A DNA stretch of 64,000 bases from Verrucomicrobiales bacterium. Lineage in GTDB: Bacteria; Verrucomicrobiota; Verrucomicrobiia; Verrucomicrobiales; V1-33. This document shows positions 56,201 through 64,000 of this stretch, piece by piece (position 1 is the first letter of the stretch; every line of letters starts with the position of its first letter). Under the pieces are notes generated by a model. That model was given only the letters and a program-made list of their open reading frames with translations. It was not told the DNA's origin and searched no databases. Location of the stretch: the NCBI GenBank assembly GCA_031411295.1, contig JANOAV010000187.1, positions 1 to 64,000 of the forward strand, in the 5' to 3' direction. Made by a program: the position numbers and the translations under genes.

Positions 56201-57149
56201 CGAATCCGCCACCGCGGCGGCCCCGACCGTTGCCGAGGAATGCATTTCCGCTACCGCCAAGCTGCATGTGATCGCCAATTCCCTGGCCAATGGGCCGCTC
56301 TTTTCTGAAGTCGATCCGCTGGCGCGCCCCACGCAGGAGTTCTTTGAAATTCTCGTTCCAGGGGCATCTGCTCCGGTGGACCTCTCCGCTTGGAAAGTAG
56401 TCATGTTTAATGCCTCAGGAACCGTCCTCGGGAGTGTGCAGACGTTAACGACGACGGATGCTAACGGTCGGCTTGTGGTTGGGAATACGGGGGTGCGCCC
56501 TGGCTTCCCTGCCAGCAACGGGTGGCAGCCCGTGACGGGCGCTTGGCCCAGCAGCGTCAATGGATTTGGCCTTTACCGGGAATTTAGTGGCACCAAGGCC
56601 ACCCGCTCCGCGTTGCAGGATTCTTCGATCGGAGATGGTTCGTTAGTAGTGGCCCTTGCTACAACAGTTAGTCAAGAAGGTAGCCCGGACGCTAACTGCT
56701 ACAGCATTACCCGCTCAGGATCTCTGACCAATGCCAACCTGCGGATCTGGCCAGCTGGCGCCCCAACCACGGTGCCTTCTCCTGGATTCGACAATAACCT
56801 TTCCACTGGCGGCTACAAGGCTTGGGTCTTCACCCAAGGACAGGATCCGGCCGTTGTCGGGGACACCCTGCTCCTGAATTATGCGACTGGCACAGCCGCC
56901 AATTTGGTAGCGCCTCAAGTGAGTATTTCGATGGTCGGGGCGGACGTCCTCCTCAAATACCCCGTTGGCACGGCGGCGGCCTGCGATCTTAAATTGGTGG
57001 TAAGGTTTGAATGCTCCGCGGACATGATGGTATGGACCCCCCAGCCAGCTCCCGCGCCGATCATTTCAGGATTCTGGGAAGAAACCATTCTGGCACCAAA
57101 TATCGGCACCTGTCAATTTTATCGTGCAGGCGTCAGCTTCCTGCCTTAG
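50274..57149 (+). CDS. Giant secreted lamin-tail-domain (LTD)/Ig-like repeat protein
   Basis: Signal peptide; seven (I/F)(N/S)E(V/I/L)...(E/D)(F/Y)xE...L.G(Y/W) LTD-like starts; repeated CVSELSK and EEC.S.TA modules; C-terminal Y.AW...LLNYA...ECSADM..W...FYR tail. Confidence 0.8.
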   Translation: MKHRFFTALIQTSFLIGAGSAMAIVGTPPSINEVDPTAATRDFEDAEFVELKTVNPGQPLDGYVLSLFEDSNQPSRFSKPLTGLKSDSNGFFVVGNKGVPGVDLVLGEDKDLAYGYICPLAGATRPTRQGFPSVIRYTPTIVALSQGATSLLGQTFASATPLVEAFGVHNATFPSGTPLSSVSYFDEGAVGSVPIRQSLARSGAALIGAAPSPDALNSGLGVTQALSFLGFSTSTTSFGPIGFTDQITQEDVGFREVDLRLKDQFDNEVSASAPIALLLRSSDTSEAWLSIPGVNDNVARDAVISATLQPAPGGTSHLKVRVNVVNDNHRDGDQKIYIQATPVGNPAAYITRELTVGDVQAGSVGNLIISEVNARDTIDANGDGSINASDEFIEVLNRGATSADLSGYKLLAQNNVVFTFPPCSILVPGASAVVFGGGVINGIGTNPGKSYNCALALTDGSLGLDDSYEVVRLVNAANVEVDDFDYHPYGPGSNVRINDIETTSTSSDPSLFNSVIPRTGDHTAQAGSIARATPGVQVNGSAYAPNTFSVTMTTTPATSPACVSELSKPLADGSTPELATFTVTRVGSLVGPLDVTISSALFAGLAPKGVEPKDLTLHFNDCQATRTTTVLVTRDAVVSDKTVRFSAAQTCYVTESANLGIKDSGLTLAFVDPLAGDKVTTTTTPFSVVAGSQIGVAQLKISRESAAGLFKAKVFVRKNGVGTPQWDEDAAKVTLSSKDGAAVLSPSQVAPTTGSEYNLVMNGVQDVVLDVVVPVGISAADLVIDVAESAVDTAPTPSEECDSSTAYLKILDNPAPVGLNGPVINEIDAVGVTCKDNTDYVEIKVPGAAASVNLTGWSLVFFNAGGISTDSVALTATDAAGYLVIGGEGVRNGAPSAAGWINRGPVGIADGPAAVALYKVASFPLGTPATRDSLYDSVIYNTTLSGSIGVNVAEGLSFKTFTTPVAGIYSSSVEAAVTAERPGATANDPSKLCLSFSRSGADAADTSVLRQWSTANAKAPTPNAENQSGVPVDLSSVPQVVRINEVNATGTEFIEVVNSGAARVSLDGYTIRACGRLLYTFRTGTCLEPGAAAVVFGNDVITVNEGIGQNPTINANLRCAMALNAGKALQLDDAYELVELFNNVGTKLGCFTVFPRGGISANSLTNGALPIIGLAATPGGTNANSQFAANVLATSISPTCASELSKPLPDGTTPENVTITVSRCSTIGSLQVDLASLLPSRAVPFPAVLNFTDGVASLTTKVKVFRDAVTANSNVQFNITNACYTADPVSLTTVDSGLILTYEDPLLAGTANSFSVVAGSGTGVTRLNVTRQDGPAGTFKANVYVRNNTAPFAINATAVDLDGTGLVPGVEPGHYVLTMTGTSSVGLNIVARPNAANSNLFIDVAESFGDSAPTPAEECDSGTASLTVLANSLAAANAPNASPAINELDALGVIGKPNTDFIEIKTQPNANLAGWTLVFFDGNGNATASVPLGAANAGGYVTVGMGAPSIPDGPAAAGLYFGPAPSVGSPATRNNLYDSVIWNATGSGGFGPNVSKALRDDAVDQPVIFEANGKCFSVSALAPNATIATLRGWTPGTTTTHGPTPGSDNTTGTLLDLSTAPGVVRINEVHALNEEFIEVVNTGATAVDLTGFALKACGRPIPLYTFRPGSILVPGAAAVVYGNAAVNEGIGQNPALSNNHRCALVLKAAAPFLLDDTYDLVQLFDAGNVEIGCFSVFPRPGGASNTLANGALPVIGLNPTPGATNADAQFAPNTFTSVLSKSCVSELSKELPTLTVTRVGPTIGNLTLNIASPAGVASLPATVNFGDGESTKTVSLALARNITTDGDRAVNFAATAVCYVNPAPIPLTIKDTGLTAAYVDPLLPASDTLSVVATAGPGVCQLNVSRAPGATGTLQAKLIVRNQAGLAENPNLFTLTGATAITDSEYTFSITGAGPVTLGVTPKVGAATTDVFLDIYESATAAAPTVAEECISATAKLHVIANSLANGPLFSEVDPLARPTQEFFEILVPGASAPVDLSAWKVVMFNASGTVLGSVQTLTTTDANGRLVVGNTGVRPGFPASNGWQPVTGAWPSSVNGFGLYREFSGTKATRSALQDSSIGDGSLVVALATTVSQEGSPDANCYSITRSGSLTNANLRIWPAGAPTTVPSPGFDNNLSTGGYKAWVFTQGQDPAVVGDTLLLNYATGTAANLVAPQVSISMVGADVLLKYPVGTAAACDLKLVVRFECSADMMVWTPQPAPAPIISGFWEETILAPNIGTCQFYRAGVSFLP

Positions 57150-57160
57150 AATCGAGAACC

Positions 57161-57859
57161 ATGAAAACATCACCACTTGTCCTCACAGCCTTGGCTGTTC
57201 TGTTCGTATCTTGTGATGACTCACAACTGAAAGCCCTCCAGCGGCAGAAGATGGAGGCTGAGGCCAAGGCTACTCAGTTGCAGTTGGATTTGGAGAAAGC
57301 CAAGGAGGAGGTCAAGGCGGCCAACCCGGAAGAGTTGAAGGGGAAAATCAGTGCCTTGGAGGAACAGCTAAAGCAAGCTCAGCAAGCCGTGGCGGCCGCT
57401 GAGTCCGCCCCCAAAGCCATTCCCGAAGCCGAATTGGAGCAGTCATGGGTCAAGGAATTTAACAAGGCGGCGTTTGCTACCCTGTTCGGTGGTCAGGTGC
57501 CCAATGCCAGCACGGACTCCATCGTCATTCCCGATCCGGAAAAGATGTATTCCCGCAAGGTTACCCTGACTTCCGGAGCGATCAGTATTCCGTTTGTCGC
57601 GACGGCGGACGCTACTGGGAAATGGAAAATCCCGGCCCCCGAAGTGGTGGCAGCCGCAAATGCTGCGGCCAAGCCTCCAGGCGCACCACAGGGATTCCAA
57701 CCGCCGCCCAATAACCCACCTCCGGCAGGCGCTCCACCAACCGGGACTCCCACCGCAGGTAATACCCCTCCAGCCGGGAACAAGCCGCCACCGAGTGCGA
57801 TTCCGCCGCCCCAGCAACCAGGTAAGGGGCTGTCCGGAGCTAAGCTGCAGGAATTCTAA
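57161..57859 (+). CDS. Lipoprotein with coiled coil and Pro-rich tail
   Basis: MKTSPLVLTALAVLFVSC lipobox; heptad-rich K/E/Q/A segment. Confidence 0.75.
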   Translation: MKTSPLVLTALAVLFVSCDDSQLKALQRQKMEAEAKATQLQLDLEKAKEEVKAANPEELKGKISALEEQLKQAQQAVAAAESAPKAIPEAELEQSWVKEFNKAAFATLFGGQVPNASTDSIVIPDPEKMYSRKVTLTSGAISIPFVATADATGKWKIPAPEVVAAANAAAKPPGAPQGFQPPPNNPPPAGAPPTGTPTAGNTPPAGNKPPPSAIPPPQQPGKGLSGAKLQEF

Positions 57860-57888
57860 CGTAAATTGCAGAGTGGTTTGTTAATCTA

Positions 57889-60800
57889 ATGAAAGGAACC
57901 CTTTCCTATTTCGACCCGGCCTCCCATGCCTTGGGATCCCAGCCGAGCGTCATCGAGTTACCCAAAGAACCAGTTTCCGTGCCGACTGGGCGGGGGGAGA
58001 TGATCTTCTTTTGGAATCGGGAAATGGCCACGTGGGACGTCATGGCGAAGGGCTGCGAACTGCGCATCGGGGCCACCCTGGTGCAGGAAAATGAACGTTT
58101 CCCGCTGGAAGACCAGCAAGTCATTTCATCCGATGGACGGCCTTGGCGGTTCGAGCGGATTCCTGAGTTGCCCACGGTGGCTGGGAGGGAAACCCTGCTG
58201 ATCCCGCTGGGCAAGGCAGGCGTGGTTCTGGGGCGTCGCTCGGACAACCCTCCTTCCTTGGAAAATCCCGCCCAACTACGGGTGGATCTGGACACCGACG
58301 ATCAACGCATCGCCCGCAGTGGCAACGCCTCCATTGAGCCCACGCCTCATGGTTGGGCGCTGCATCAGATCAAAGGAACCACCGAACTGAACGGGCGGGC
58401 TGATTTTCGTTCCGCCCCTTTGCTCTACGGAGATCGTTTCGTCGTGGGTTGCAATTCCTTTGAATTTCGGGGTGACAGCATTGCGTTAGTGAAAAGTATT
58501 CCCGGGGCTGAAGTCGAGGCGGTCAACGCTGGCCTGCGGGTTGGTGGCGGGAAGTTGATTCTCCAAGGCGTCACCATGCGCGTAGCTCGCGGTGAGTTTA
58601 TCGGCATCATTGGCAAGAGTGGCATGGGCAAGAGCACGTTGATGAATGCGCTCTGCGGTCTGGGGCCAGCCAACATTGGACGGGTCACGATTGATGGAAA
58701 TGTCGTCAATGGGCCGGGTGATCTGACCCGACTTTCCGTGGGGATCGTGCCGCAGGATGACGTGGTGCACCGCGAACTCACGGCTCGCCAAGCGGTGTTG
58801 TATAGCGCCAGACTTCGTTTCAAAATGCCGCGCAAGCATCAGGAAGCACTCACCGAAGGCGTGCTGAAGCGGCTTGGTCTGGCGGAGCATATGGACAAGC
58901 AGATTGGCCGTCGGATGTCCGGCGGTCAGCGGAAACGGGTGGGCATTGCGACGGAATTGCTAGCGCTGCCAGTCATGCTATTTTTGGATGAACCATCCTC
59001 TGGGTTGGATCCTCAGACGGAGATGGAACTCATGGACTTACTCCAGACCATGAGCCGGGTGAACAAACTCACGGTGATCAGCACCACCCACATGTTGGAC
59101 AATGCGGATGCTTTCAACCGGTTGCTGATTATGCATCGGGCCCGGATGGTTTATTTGGGCAACAACGCGGATGCGCGGAAACATTTTTTTGGGCAGACGG
59201 AAGAGGATCTGGCAGCCGGGATGCGCTTGCGTTCCTTGAGCAATATTTACGAAGTGCTTACACCTCGTAAGGAAGGGGACATCGAACTAACCTCCGAGCA
59301 GCGGGATGCAGCGGAAGAGTCACTGGCGATTGATTGGGAAAGAAAATTTTCCGAAACCCGGCGGGACCTTCAGGATGTCGCAGTGCCGCCGCCCACTCCG
59401 CGAGCCGCCGCCCCGCGGCAGGCCCGGCCTGGGCCGCTGAGCATTCTGATCACGTTGATTAGTCGGCAGTGGGCTATTTTCAAATCCTCTCCCCTCAACA
59501 TTTTATTCCTGCTGCTCCAGGCCGTTAGCATTGGTGGACTGATTGGATGGGTCTCGGATGACGGAGGTTTCCGGCTCTTCCTTGGCTTGATCGCCAGTAT
59601 GTGGTTTGGCTGTAGCAATGCGGGCCAACGGATCGTGGCGGAAATGCCCATCTTCCGGCAGGAGCGCATCGCTGGCATGGGGATCCACACCTACATCCAG
59701 AGTAAATTTATCTTCCTCAGTGTGCTGACCAGTCTGCAAACGATGATCCTGTTTTTCTGCATGACCGTGGCTGCGTTCCTCTTCAATCCGACAGATAAGG
59801 TAACCATCGAGCCAGGGGCCGACCCCACGCTGGTCGAGAAAACTCCCTTGGAGAAATTCAGCGAAGCCATGGCTGGTGGGACCGAGACGGCGGGGCGCGA
59901 TGCGAAGACCTTTGAACTGCGCAGTAAATTACTTGAATGGGCTCAAGTCGTTGAGCCTAATGCCGCCCGGCCAGAAATTGTCACCACCACCACCCCGCCG
60001 CCGGGAAATTTAATCCTTCGACTGGCGCAAATGACTGGTTTGGAAAGCAATCTTAAGGGATCGGGTCCGGACTTGGTGTTGGATCATGCCAAAGGCGACA
60101 AAACCCTGCTGGAAACCACCACCGAAGGCACCGACCTGCAGCAACAGGCCTTGGTGAAGCAAATCAAAGCTTTCCGCCTGCCCGGCAAGGCCACCGCCTC
60201 AGAATCCATTGTGGCCGCCACTGAGGCGGACTTGGCAACCTTTGTCGGCAACACTGGGGAGCCCTTGTTTGATGAAGGGATTCCCTGGCAAAAAGTGCTC
60301 ACCACCTGCTTAAGTTTACGCCTGTTGGCGTTATTGGCTGCGGCTATCACTGGCGTTGCCATTGGTCTGGCGATTTCCGCCTGTGTGCAGAATGAGGTGC
60401 AGGCGGTGATGTGGGTTCCCTTGTTCCTCATTCCGCAGATCCTTTTCGGCGGGCACGTGGTTACGGAGCCTGCCATGTCCTGGCCCGTGCGGGCTTTTTG
60501 CAAATTCATCCCCAGTTACTCCGCCGAGAAAATTGCCGAAGTCTCCGAACTCTATGGGTTGCGGGTGCCAGACATGGTGAATCGAACCAAGATCCCCTCA
60601 TTCCTTCATCCTGATGGGGGCACGGAAACAGTGTATGTTCCGCGCCATGATGACAAGGATAAGAAGGTGGATTACGAGCGCTTATCGCCTGTCAACAGTG
60701 CTTGGCAAAATCTCGTGGTTTTTCATTCCAGTGCGGGGATGCACATTCCGCTGGAAGACACCAAGGGGAAAAAGGATTCCGTCGTCATGCGCGCAGACGT

Positions 60801-60936
60801 GTTGTTCAAGAAGGGGGAACTTTATCGTAACATCAATCCAGCCTATCGCGCGTTCTCCGTGCTGGGAGGATGGGTGGTTTTTTGTTACGTAGTGGTTTAT
60901 CTGGCCTTGCGGAAAAAGCAAACCAAGCCCATGTAG
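57889..60936 (+). CDS. FHA-domain ABC exporter (fused FHA-like domains + NBD + ABC-2 TMD; Rv1747-like architecture)
   Basis: LGRR...LNG...L.YGD FHA-like; GKSGMGKST, VPQDD, MSGGQ, LDEP, TTH; TM helices with E..IF.QER and PQILFGG. Confidence 0.88.
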   Translation: MKGTLSYFDPASHALGSQPSVIELPKEPVSVPTGRGEMIFFWNREMATWDVMAKGCELRIGATLVQENERFPLEDQQVISSDGRPWRFERIPELPTVAGRETLLIPLGKAGVVLGRRSDNPPSLENPAQLRVDLDTDDQRIARSGNASIEPTPHGWALHQIKGTTELNGRADFRSAPLLYGDRFVVGCNSFEFRGDSIALVKSIPGAEVEAVNAGLRVGGGKLILQGVTMRVARGEFIGIIGKSGMGKSTLMNALCGLGPANIGRVTIDGNVVNGPGDLTRLSVGIVPQDDVVHRELTARQAVLYSARLRFKMPRKHQEALTEGVLKRLGLAEHMDKQIGRRMSGGQRKRVGIATELLALPVMLFLDEPSSGLDPQTEMELMDLLQTMSRVNKLTVISTTHMLDNADAFNRLLIMHRARMVYLGNNADARKHFFGQTEEDLAAGMRLRSLSNIYEVLTPRKEGDIELTSEQRDAAEESLAIDWERKFSETRRDLQDVAVPPPTPRAAAPRQARPGPLSILITLISRQWAIFKSSPLNILFLLLQAVSIGGLIGWVSDDGGFRLFLGLIASMWFGCSNAGQRIVAEMPIFRQERIAGMGIHTYIQSKFIFLSVLTSLQTMILFFCMTVAAFLFNPTDKVTIEPGADPTLVEKTPLEKFSEAMAGGTETAGRDAKTFELRSKLLEWAQVVEPNAARPEIVTTTTPPPGNLILRLAQMTGLESNLKGSGPDLVLDHAKGDKTLLETTTEGTDLQQQALVKQIKAFRLPGKATASESIVAATEADLATFVGNTGEPLFDEGIPWQKVLTTCLSLRLLALLAAAITGVAIGLAISACVQNEVQAVMWVPLFLIPQILFGGHVVTEPAMSWPVRAFCKFIPSYSAEKIAEVSELYGLRVPDMVNRTKIPSFLHPDGGTETVYVPRHDDKDKKVDYERLSPVNSAWQNLVVFHSSAGMHIPLEDTKGKKDSVVMRADVLFKKGELYRNINPAYRAFSVLGGWVVFCYVVVYLALRKKQTKPM

Positions 60937-60940
60937 TCCG

Positions 60941-61471
60941 ATGATGCGTGCCCCTCGACTTGTTCCGATTCTTGCCTCCACCTGCGTGATTCTTGCAGCA
61001 GTTTGTATTTGGGCTATCTGGAAGCAACCGTTTATCGAATTGGCAGGTTTTGGCAGCAATACGCTTGATGGTTTTGCTTGGGAGGATACGCCAGCCGATG
61101 CGGACCGCTCGGCCTGCTTTAAACTAACCTATGCCTTGATCGCGACTGCCGTGGCCTGCTGGTTGCCTGGTTGGCTCAAACTGGTGGCCGCCGCCAGCGT
61201 GGGATATGCCGGGTGGATCTATTACCAATGTTTGGAGCCACACCTCCAGACGCTCGAGAAGATGAAAGCCATGGCGGCAGAGGGTGGAGCCGAATCCGAG
61301 GCCTTGGTGAAAACTGCCATCGACGGCATCAAGCCATTATCTGGAGCCTACACTTCCGGTGGGGCACTGGTCCTGCTCTGCCTACTGGTGCTCCTGCAAC
61401 TCGTGCTGCTGAAGAAAGATTCAACGCGACTTACGCTCGGAAGCATCGGTCAACAGCGAGTGCTGTTTTAG
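60941..61471 (+). CDS. Hypothetical membrane protein
   Basis: About four hydrophobic segments; starts 4 nt after the ABC gene. Confidence 0.65.
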   Translation: MMRAPRLVPILASTCVILAAVCIWAIWKQPFIELAGFGSNTLDGFAWEDTPADADRSACFKLTYALIATAVACWLPGWLKLVAAASVGYAGWIYYQCLEPHLQTLEKMKAMAAEGGAESEALVKTAIDGIKPLSGAYTSGGALVLLCLLVLLQLVLLKKDSTRLTLGSIGQQRVLF

Positions 61472-61562
61472 GTTTGCGGGTTAAATTTCATCGGTCCAAA
61501 AAAATAATTTCAATTGGGTGTAACCCGCTTTTACGATTTTGCCAATACAACTACAGAACCCC

Positions 61563-62504
61563 ATGAAAATCACCTCCATCACCTCCCTCCTTACATGCTG
61601 CGCCCTGCTCCTCGGCGGAGTCGGACGGTCGCACGCGCAAGAAGATATCTCTCCCCAAGTCAAAGAAGCCTTGGAGGGATCGGAAAAAGGCGTTGATCCA
61701 ACCGCCAAAACCAACAACAAGGAAGCCGCGAAAAAAGGGGACGGTAATTGTGACGGGGTTGATCCAGATGATATTGCTCCGCAAAACGTTTATGCCAAGT
61801 TCGAGTCCTTGGACTTGGTCCTTGAGAAGAGCAAGAAAATCGACTGGAAAGCCATCTATGAGAAGACCGTTGGAGATGTGGACAGCTCGAAATTTAAAGA
61901 CGTCAAGTCGGACGTGCCATTTCTCATGGGCGTGCGGATGGCGGATGGTTTATTTTCCGTCAAGATTCGGAGCAAGGAAGAATTAAATAAGTGTGCTGAT
62001 GATATCCGGGATTTCGCCCGCAAGTTGGGGGTGGCGGAAAAGGATCTGAGTGATGCCGAAGAAGCGCGCCAGTGGGCCGTAAAAGGCCAATGGATGCAGG
62101 TGGTGGCCAATCTGGGATTCATTCAAATGCGTGTCATTCAACAAATGAAAAGCGCGAAAGCCACCGCCGATCAGCGGCGGTTGATCCTTCTGGGCGGCTG
62201 GATTGAAGGGGCTCGGATTGCTGCCAATGGGGTGCTTACAGCCAAATCTTCCACCAACCTTGACTGGGACCCATCTTATTCCCTGCGTGATCCCTTGCTG
62301 GTCTGTGCCCTCATCAAAATGTTAGATCAACTCGGTCCAGAAGCGGCTAAATCTGCGCCCGTCGTGCTGATGAAAAAGCATCTTCCCCGGGTAAAACAAA
62401 TTGTCGATATTTCCATAGATCCTAAAAAGGGCAAGATCCCGGCCGAGCAGATCGAGGAATTAGTCAAGATGGCCACAGAAGTTCTACAGTCCGCCGTGAA
62501 GTAA
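61563..62504 (+). CDS. Exported alpha-helical protein of unknown function, paralog A
   Basis: Signal peptide MKITSIT...SHA; core nearly identical in protein sequence to the next gene. Confidence 0.8.
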   Translation: MKITSITSLLTCCALLLGGVGRSHAQEDISPQVKEALEGSEKGVDPTAKTNNKEAAKKGDGNCDGVDPDDIAPQNVYAKFESLDLVLEKSKKIDWKAIYEKTVGDVDSSKFKDVKSDVPFLMGVRMADGLFSVKIRSKEELNKCADDIRDFARKLGVAEKDLSDAEEARQWAVKGQWMQVVANLGFIQMRVIQQMKSAKATADQRRLILLGGWIEGARIAANGVLTAKSSTNLDWDPSYSLRDPLLVCALIKMLDQLGPEAAKSAPVVLMKKHLPRVKQIVDISIDPKKGKIPAEQIEELVKMATEVLQSAVK

Positions 62505-62570
62505 CATTTATGTGTAGCCCTTTGCATTCATTCTAGACAAACCACCGAGAACAGCCTTAATTACCAAACC

Positions 62571-63881
62571 ATGAAGTCCCCATCCCAGCGAGTTCCTTTC
62601 AAGTTAGCGCAACTATTCGCGCGGCAGTCCGACACTCGGCATGGTAATTCAATGACGTATTTGGCGCTGTGTGGTATCGTGAGCTTGTTTACGGCGTGTT
62701 CTCCTCCTGAGGCGAAGCCAGCGGCCCCTGCTCCGGCCAAGGAAAGTCCAGTGGCAGCGGCCCCAGAGGAGAAATCGGCCGTTCCAACGCCGCCACCCAC
62801 TGAGCCGAAAGCGCCGGAGCCAACGCCTGTCGTGGCCGCCGCAGAACCTGCCGCACCAACGCCTCCTCCAGCTCCGATCGAGCAAGTGCAAAAGCCTGCT
62901 GAAGTGGCACCCGCACCAACCCCTGCTCCGGCACCAACTCCAGAAGAACAAACCGCTCCACCCAAGCCCAAGATCGTCGAGGAAAACCAGCCCTCCGATA
63001 AAGAAACGGGTCTGCCACTTCCGCCGCCCACCTCCTCAGACCCCAATGGTTCCAAGCAGCCTGCGGACGCCCCGCAGGCAGCGACCCACAACATTGCCCC
63101 CGCCGGTAGCAACGGGAAAGGGATGGAGATCAACCCAGACCAGGTGGCTCCGCAGAACGTCTATGCTAAGTTCCAGTCGTTGGATGCGGTGCTGCAAAAT
63201 GCCAAGATTGATTGGCAAGCCGTTTACGATCAGACGGTGCAGGACGTGGACAGCAACGCCTATAAAAACATTCGGGCCAGCGTGCCCTTTCTCATGGGAA
63301 TGCGGATGGCGGACGGGTTGTTCTCCGTCAAAATAAAAAACAAAGAGGAACTGAACAAATGCGCCGATGACATCCGCGATTTTGCTCGTAAGCTAGGAGT
63401 GGATGAATCAAATCTCCGTGATGCCGAGGAAGCCCGGCAATGGGCTGTCAAAGGACAGTGGATGCAAGTCGTAGCCAATCTTGGATTCATCCAGATGCGC
63501 GTCATTCAACAAATGAAAAGTGCCAAGGCCACCGAGGACCAGCGTCGCCTGATTCTCTTGGGAGGCTGGATTGAAGGCGCGCGGATCGCTACTCGAGGGA
63601 TCCTTTCCTCCAAGCCACCAGCCAATGTCGAATGGGATCCGTCCTATTCCCTGCGGGATCCGCTACTCGTCAATGCGCTCATCAAAATGCTCGGCCAGTT
63701 GGGACCGGAAGCCAGCCAGACCCCGCAGGTCAAGCTCATGGTGAAGTATCTCCCCAGAGTTCAGAAAATCGTCGACATCAACATTGACCCCAAGAAGGGC
63801 AAAATCAGCCGCCAAGACATGGAAGAACTTTTGAAGATTGCCAACGAGGTCGTAACCGCCGCAGTTGATTTTAAATCCTAA
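62571..63881 (+). CDS. Lipoprotein with Pro/Ala-rich stalk and the same helical core, paralog B
   Basis: FTAC lipobox, PAPAPTPEE stalk, shared APQNVYAKF...PFLMG.RMADGLFSVKI...MQVVANLGFIQMRVIQQMKSAKAT core. Confidence 0.8.
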   Translation: MKSPSQRVPFKLAQLFARQSDTRHGNSMTYLALCGIVSLFTACSPPEAKPAAPAPAKESPVAAAPEEKSAVPTPPPTEPKAPEPTPVVAAAEPAAPTPPPAPIEQVQKPAEVAPAPTPAPAPTPEEQTAPPKPKIVEENQPSDKETGLPLPPPTSSDPNGSKQPADAPQAATHNIAPAGSNGKGMEINPDQVAPQNVYAKFQSLDAVLQNAKIDWQAVYDQTVQDVDSNAYKNIRASVPFLMGMRMADGLFSVKIKNKEELNKCADDIRDFARKLGVDESNLRDAEEARQWAVKGQWMQVVANLGFIQMRVIQQMKSAKATEDQRRLILLGGWIEGARIATRGILSSKPPANVEWDPSYSLRDPLLVNALIKMLGQLGPEASQTPQVKLMVKYLPRVQKIVDINIDPKKGKISRQDMEELLKIANEVVTAAVDFKS

Positions 63882-63964
63882 ATTTTGCATTACCCCACCG
63901 AATCCGTGCCTGCTAGTTTGTTAAGCTGCAGGTTTCACTAACACAAACACAAACACAACACAAA

Positions 63965-64000
63965 ATGAAAACCAGAAGAGCAATAATTGGTGTCCTCACC
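63965..64000 (+). CDS. Start of another probably exported protein (cut by window edge)
   Basis: AC-rich leader, then MKTRRAIIGVLT, a signal-peptide-like start. Confidence 0.5.
   Translation, partial: MKTRRAIIGVLT

Noticed and set aside
57889..60936. Type VI secretion cluster (kinase + FHA + ABC)
   Set aside because: No Hcp, VgrG, TssB/C, TssM or ClpV is recognisable in the window.

Overview
A 64-kb window from a GC-rich bacterium, most likely Verrucomicrobiota (PEP-CTERM protein, DUF1552 protein, C-terminal-Phe beta-barrels, AC-rich leaders without Shine-Dalgarno). Left end: the tail of an IS4-like element, then a candidate defence cassette (YprA/MrfA-like DEAH helicase plus a HEPN-like/NACHT/WD40 NLR-type protein, divergent from a LysR regulator). 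The most striking feature is a module present twice, about 31 kb apart: a membrane Hanks-type Ser/Thr kinase followed by an apparent pseudokinase domain, an outer-membrane beta-barrel, and a convergent Tat-exported TraB/GumN (TIKI-like) protein. Copy 2 continues into a long co-oriented gene run: a double-barrel OMP, a 2291-aa lamin-tail-domain repeat protein, a lipoprotein, an FHA-ABC exporter, a membrane protein and two paralogous exported helical proteins. Between the copies lie exbB/exbD/tonB-like genes (ExbD has Asn at the conserved Asp), a galactofuranose/glycosyltransferase cluster, housekeeping genes, a type II restriction-modification pair between two copies of a 117-bp piece of the Lhr-like helicase gene, and a tandem GTAG-type REP/REPIN-like repeat. 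No tRNA, rRNA or CRISPR array was seen. All product calls come from motifs recognised by eye; no searches were run.
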